Assembly: GCA_046704725.1 (NCBI GenBank)
Contig: JBJKRI010000008.1
Coordinates: forward strand, 1-64,000
Reading direction: 5' to 3'
Source: Candidatus Woesearchaeota archaeon
Lineage (GTDB): Archaea; Nanobdellota; Nanobdellia; Woesearchaeales; SKIA01
Length of the DNA: 64,000 nucleotides
A model generated the notes under the pieces. It ran no database searches and was not told where the DNA came from. It saw only the letters and a program-made list of their open reading frames with translations. Each line of letters starts with the position of its first letter. Positions within the stretch are counted from its first letter, which is position 1. Positions 60,162-64,000 of this stretch are shown here, one piece after another. The position numbers and the translations under genes are program-made.

Positions 60162-61978
60162 CGCATCGCCTTCCGCAAGGCCTCGGAGACCTTCTTGCCG
60201 TCCGCCTTGCCACCCAAACGCTTCATGGCATCGCCCATCAACGCGCCGAACGGCGCCTTGGGATCGGCCGCGATCGCTTCTTGCACCGCTTCGTCGATAT
60301 CCGCGTCGCTCGCGGCCGCGAAACGCTGCCAATCGATTGTCCCTTCCTTGCTGTAAGAGAGAAGGATATCTTCAACCGCATCCTTGCTGACCGCCCCCTC
60401 GGCGAGATGCTCAAGCACTGCGGGAGCGATCACGTCGATATCGATGGTCACGCCGTGACGGCGACGCAGCTCTTTCTCCTTGATCGCGAGCACATCAGCG
60501 ACGATAGAAGCGGGGAGCTTCTTGGCCCACTGCTCGAAGAGCTCCATGCGGCCCGCGCGAAGCAGCTGCGACGTCAAGTCCTCGGAGATGCCGTGCTCCT
60601 TGGAAAGACGCGGAATACGCTCGGACAAGAGCTCGGGCAAGTCCACCTCGATGCCGTCGATGCGGAACGAGCGCACGTCCGTCTCGGGATACATGCGCGC
60701 CGCGCCAGGCATGGGGCGCAGGTACGTGGTGGTGCCGTCATCGTTGGCCTTGCGCACCTCGGATGGCACTCCATTGAGCAATTGCTTAATACGAACAGGT
60801 ACGGGGGCAGTCCAATCACTCTCTTTCTTGCTCAGAGAGAGTAATATCTGAGCGCGAGTCTTGTTACCAATGACGAAGCAGAAACCATCGTTCTCCGCAA
60901 GATGCATGCATGCGCGCACAGCATCCCAGCTCTGAATCCCATATTTCTTCGGGTCTTCTGCGTCGTGGATGATGCCCCCAAAACCCCATGCTTTTGCCAC
61001 TCCTGCCACATCTGTACCAAAACGATAGCCTGAGAAGAGTTCGCGGCCGAAAAGACCTTTTAATCCAGGGAGCCGAAGAGCTACCGCTTCGCCAGTTTGT
61101 AGCGCCTCCTGAATCCATTTCTCTGTGCTGTCGATAACCTCGCTGATGGTCTGCGCGACGGTAGCGTCCACATCGAAGGCGATATCTTCCTTGGAAAGCG
61201 CGATGAGGGATTGCTGGCGCAAGACCTCGTTCTGCGCGATGAGCGGCATGTTGTCGAGGTCCTGCACGCCCTTGATCTCGACACGCGAGCCGCTCGCGAT
61301 ACTGATGTTCACGTCCTGGCGGATGCTGCCCAGGCCGCGGACGACGCGACCGGTGCTGCGCAAGACCATCCCGATCTGCGCCGCGGTCCGCTGCAGGTGC
61401 TCTGGGTTCTTGATATCGGGAGCGGTGGTGATCTCCAGCAACGGGATGCCGAGGCGGGAGAGATTGTAGACGTCCTTGTCCTCGCCGCGAGAGACGATCT
61501 TCGCGGCGTCCTCCTCCAAGCAAAGGCGTTCGACGCGGACGTCGTCGAGGGTTCCGTCGAGCGCGACGAGCATCGTGCGTTGGAACGCGCTCGTGTTCGA
61601 GCCGTCCACGACGACCTTGCGCATGACGTGCACCTCGTCGACGAGCTGCATGCCCAACAATCCGGACACCATGACCGCGGTCTCCGTGCTGTGCGTGTCG
61701 GGCTGGCTGACAGGCTCCTCGTCGAGCTCGACAAGGCACGTCGTGTCCTCATAGCCCTGATAAGTGAAGCGCTTGCTCTTCTGCTGCTCGTGCGCAGCCG
61801 CCACGTCTATCGCGCCGGACTCTCCCTCGGAAGCGCGCAGGCCGCGCATGACCATGAAGTCCGGCTCGTCCTCGCGCACCAAAGCAGGGCACGCGCAGAA
61901 CAGCTTGTTTCCAGCGAGCTGCTGGTGGATCTCGAGACCGGCCTTGAATCCGAGCGCGGCGTAGTCAGGAGCGGTCAT
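60158..61978 (-). CDS. gatE: Glu-tRNA(Gln) amidotransferase subunit E
   Basis: GLEIHQQL..KLFC.CP, MRK.VVDGSNTS.FQRT, LEEDAA, RLGIPL.EI, RGLG.IRQDVN, PGAARMYPETD. Confidence 0.95.
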   Translation of the reverse strand: MTAPDYAALGFKAGLEIHQQLAGNKLFCACPALVREDEPDFMVMRGLRASEGESGAIDVAAAHEQQKSKRFTYQGYEDTTCLVELDEEPVSQPDTHSTETAVMVSGLLGMQLVDEVHVMRKVVVDGSNTSAFQRTMLVALDGTLDDVRVERLCLEEDAAKIVSRGEDKDVYNLSRLGIPLLEITTAPDIKNPEHLQRTAAQIGMVLRSTGRVVRGLGSIRQDVNISIASGSRVEIKGVQDLDNMPLIAQNEVLRQQSLIALSKEDIAFDVDATVAQTISEVIDSTEKWIQEALQTGEAVALRLPGLKGLFGRELFSGYRFGTDVAGVAKAWGFGGIIHDAEDPKKYGIQSWDAVRACMHLAENDGFCFVIGNKTRAQILLSLSKKESDWTAPVPVRIKQLLNGVPSEVRKANDDGTTTYLRPMPGAARMYPETDVRSFRIDGIEVDLPELLSERIPRLSKEHGISEDLTSQLLRAGRMELFEQWAKKLPASIVADVLAIKEKELRRRHGVTIDIDVIAPAVLEHLAEGAVSKDAVEDILLSYSKEGTIDWQRFAAASDADIDEAVQEAIAADPKAPFGALMGDAMKRLGGKADGKKVSEALRKAMR

Positions 61979-63230
61979 AGGCCTGCTCCTCGATGCGCGG
62001 CACCGCGTCCCCGTAGTCCTTCTCCAGTCCCTCCCGCGCATCCTCCTTGCGCGACAAGAGCCAAGCGAGCTTGACGAACACCGTCTCCGGGGAGAGGGCC
62101 GAGTCATGGCCGAGCACGCCAGCGTCCTGCAAGCGGCGTCCGGCGCCGTAGACCTGGAGGCTCACGCGTCCGTTGATGCATTGCGTGGTCATGACGACCG
62201 GCATCTTCTCCGCGAGCCTCTGGATGACCGCGAAGTTCTTCTCGTTCAGTTTCGTGTGCTCGTCGGTCGCGTTGATTGGCGCGTGGCCAAGACCGGTACC
62301 CATGATGAGCAGGCCGTCGAACGATTCGTAGCAAGAGAGCTCCTCGGGGAAGAGATTGGGATGCATGTAGGCCATGCCGACCTTGAGGTCCTCGTTGAAC
62401 AGCCTGAGGGAGAAGCTTCCCGACGGGCGGGGCGGCTCCCACAGGACCTCCACCTTCTCGTCGGTGACGCGAGCGACCTGCGGGATGTTCACCGGAGCGA
62501 AGGCGTCGCGCCGCGAGCTATGGTTCTTGCGCACGTTCGTGCCCTTCATGACCGCGATGGGACTGTCGCCGCTTCCCTCGTGCATCGCGACGAACACGCC
62601 CGGAAGCTTCGCCGAGACGATGAAACGCGCCGCGCCGAGCAGGTTGGTGGCCGCGTCGGACGAGCCGCGGTCGCTCGAGCGTTGGCTGCCCACGATGACG
62701 ACCGGCAGGTCGAGTCCCTGCAAGGCGTAGTGCAACGCCGCGGCGGTGTAATGCAATGTGTCGGTGCCCTGCGTGATGATGATGCCGGCCAGGTCCTCTT
62801 TCCGTGCTTCGGAGACAGCCTTGGCGAGGATATTGTACTGGGCGAAGCGCATGTCGTCGGACGACATGGCAGCGATGAAATCCGCCTCGCACTGCGCGAC
62901 GGACTGCAGCTCGGGATACATGGCGAGCAGCTCGTCGGGAGTGATGCGGCTGCTGGTGCCGCCAGTCGTGTAATCGACCTTGCTCGCTATGGTGCCTCCC
63001 GTGTGGAGGATGCGGATGCGGGGGAGCTTCGCGTCCTTGGCGACGGCGCGTTTCTTGGCGGCCGGGCGCTGCTCTTTCGGCAGCGCTTCTGTCTTATCGA
63101 TGTTGCGCTCGTCGATACCGACGTTATAGCCATTATCGAGCTTAAGGACCACGCCCTCGCCCTGCAGGACGATCCCTTCGAAAACAAGGCCGTTCTTGGT
63201 CGTGATACGGACGTGCGAACCGGGCTCCAT
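61965..63230 (-). CDS. gatD: Glu-tRNA(Gln) amidotransferase subunit D
   Basis: LKLDNGYNVG, TGGTIASKVDY.TG, GTDT, GSQRSSDR.SSD, HSSRRDAF, GTGLGH. Confidence 0.95.
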   Translation of the reverse strand: MEPGSHVRITTKNGLVFEGIVLQGEGVVLKLDNGYNVGIDERNIDKTEALPKEQRPAAKKRAVAKDAKLPRIRILHTGGTIASKVDYTTGGTSSRITPDELLAMYPELQSVAQCEADFIAAMSSDDMRFAQYNILAKAVSEARKEDLAGIIITQGTDTLHYTAAALHYALQGLDLPVVIVGSQRSSDRGSSDAATNLLGAARFIVSAKLPGVFVAMHEGSGDSPIAVMKGTNVRKNHSSRRDAFAPVNIPQVARVTDEKVEVLWEPPRPSGSFSLRLFNEDLKVGMAYMHPNLFPEELSCYESFDGLLIMGTGLGHAPINATDEHTKLNEKNFAVIQRLAEKMPVVMTTQCINGRVSLQVYGAGRRLQDAGVLGHDSALSPETVFVKLAWLLSRKEDAREGLEKDYGDAVPRIEEQAYDRS

Positions 63231-63277
63231 AGGGTGGGAAGAATGATAGAGATATAAAAAGCGTTCGCGCCGAAAGC

Positions 63278-63616
63278 CTACTTGGAGCGCTTTTTGGCGG
63301 TCTTTCTGGGGCGCTTGGCGGCCTTCTTGGAAGAACGCTTCGTCGCTCTCTTCCGAACAGCCTTCTTGGCCGCGCGCTTGGGAGCCTTCTTCGCGACCTT
63401 CTTGCGGGAAGCCGCTTTCTTGGCCGGACGCTTGGTGGTGCGCTTCTTCGCCGCTTTCCTCGCGCGCTTGGTGACCGAGACCGTCTTGCCCTTCACCGAC
63501 TTCGCCTTCTTGCTCTTGCTCTTCTTGCGCAACGCGACCGCTGCCGCTGTGACAGCGCCCGCCGCTGCCGCTGCCGCGACACCGATCTTGACCTTCTTCT
63601 TGGTGGACTTCTTCAT
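63278..63616 (-). CDS. Lys/Arg/Ala-rich basic protein (histone H1/Hc2-like composition) with a hydrophobic Ala-rich segment
   Basis: GGTGA SD before ATG 63616; KKA/KRA repeats. Confidence 0.75.
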   Translation of the reverse strand: MKKSTKKKVKIGVAAAAAAGAVTAAAVALRKKSKSKKAKSVKGKTVSVTKRARKAAKKRTTKRPAKKAASRKKVAKKAPKRAAKKAVRKRATKRSSKKAAKRPRKTAKKRSK

Positions 63617-63692
63617 CAGGGAATCACCTGTGATTGATGTCGTTTCCAAGCGCGCACGCTATTTAAAACTGCGTATCCCGATCGTAAGATTA

Positions 63693-64000
63693 TCAATCTC
63701 TCGTTACTGATCGAGCGCCTCTCGGGAGCAGAGAACGGGCGCGCGTGAGTGCGGCCGCTGTAGGCGGGAAACCGAAACGCTCACGGAAACGGCGTTCGAA
63801 GGGACCTTTCCCGTTGATGATATCGAGCAGTGCCTGATGTCCGTGCATCTCTTCCAGGAGCCGGCAGGCATCCACTGCAGCTGAATAGAACCCTGGAGCG
63901 TCTTCGTCATGAAGATCCACCGATGGAACCATGATCTCTCTCGGGTCGAACTGCCCTGCCGCGAGCATCGCGATGCCTTCGCGGAACCATTTTGGGAGCG
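63693..64000 (-). CDS. Hypothetical protein, probably 5' truncated by the window edge
   Basis: ORF-track 91-aa piece; no motif recognised. Confidence 0.4.
   Translation of the reverse strand, partial: LPKWFREGIAMLAAGQFDPREIMVPSVDLHDEDAPGFYSAAVDACRLLEEMHGHQALLDIINGKGPFERRFRERFGFPPTAAALTRARSLLPRGARSVTRD

Noticed and set aside
1-64000. Diversity-generating retroelement acting on the adhesin or dockerin proteins
   Set aside because: No reverse transcriptase, and no repeat pair differing only at adenines was seen; paralogue differences are ordinary silent changes. A trans-acting DGR elsewhere cannot be excluded.
1-64000. CRISPR array
   Set aside because: All repeats seen are intragenic coding repeats; there is no regular repeat-spacer pattern and no cas operon. 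The 40679 ORF is at most fold-similar to Cas2/PaaX.

Overview
GC-rich archaeal DNA, most likely DPANN (Woesearchaeota-like). Support: gatDE, carS, TATA boxes about 25 bp before apparently leaderless starts, intron-containing tRNAs and very N-X-S/T-rich surface proteins; the lineage is inferred, not searched. About 1-15.4 kb is a tandem array of secreted proteins combining dockerin-like double Ca-loop domains with jelly-roll (polysaccharide-lyase/ConA-like) and beta-helix modules, with signs of module shuffling and one frameshifted deletion-type junction. About 15.6-51.3 kb is a surface-structure locus. It contains a 6978-aa giant adhesin ending in a pilin-like domain, two membrane-anchored DUF916/PapD-like Ig proteins, a separately promoted putative major subunit, a 72-aa membrane peptide made almost only of donor-strand-like motifs, other Ig/Cys-rich membrane proteins, two unannotated tandem RHH microproteins and a MoxR-DUF58-vWA module. 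My best candidate for an undescribed system is a donor-strand-complemented, non-type-IV fimbrial system in this locus (inference). About 51.3-64 kb is mostly housekeeping: tRNA-Thr(TGT), adk, truD, PHP, malic enzyme, tRNA-Arg(CCT) with a non-canonical intron overlapped by a LAGLIDADG gene, a flippase-like protein, a glycosidase, carS, gatE, gatD and a K/R-rich protein. All domain calls are by eye from motifs; no database searches were run.
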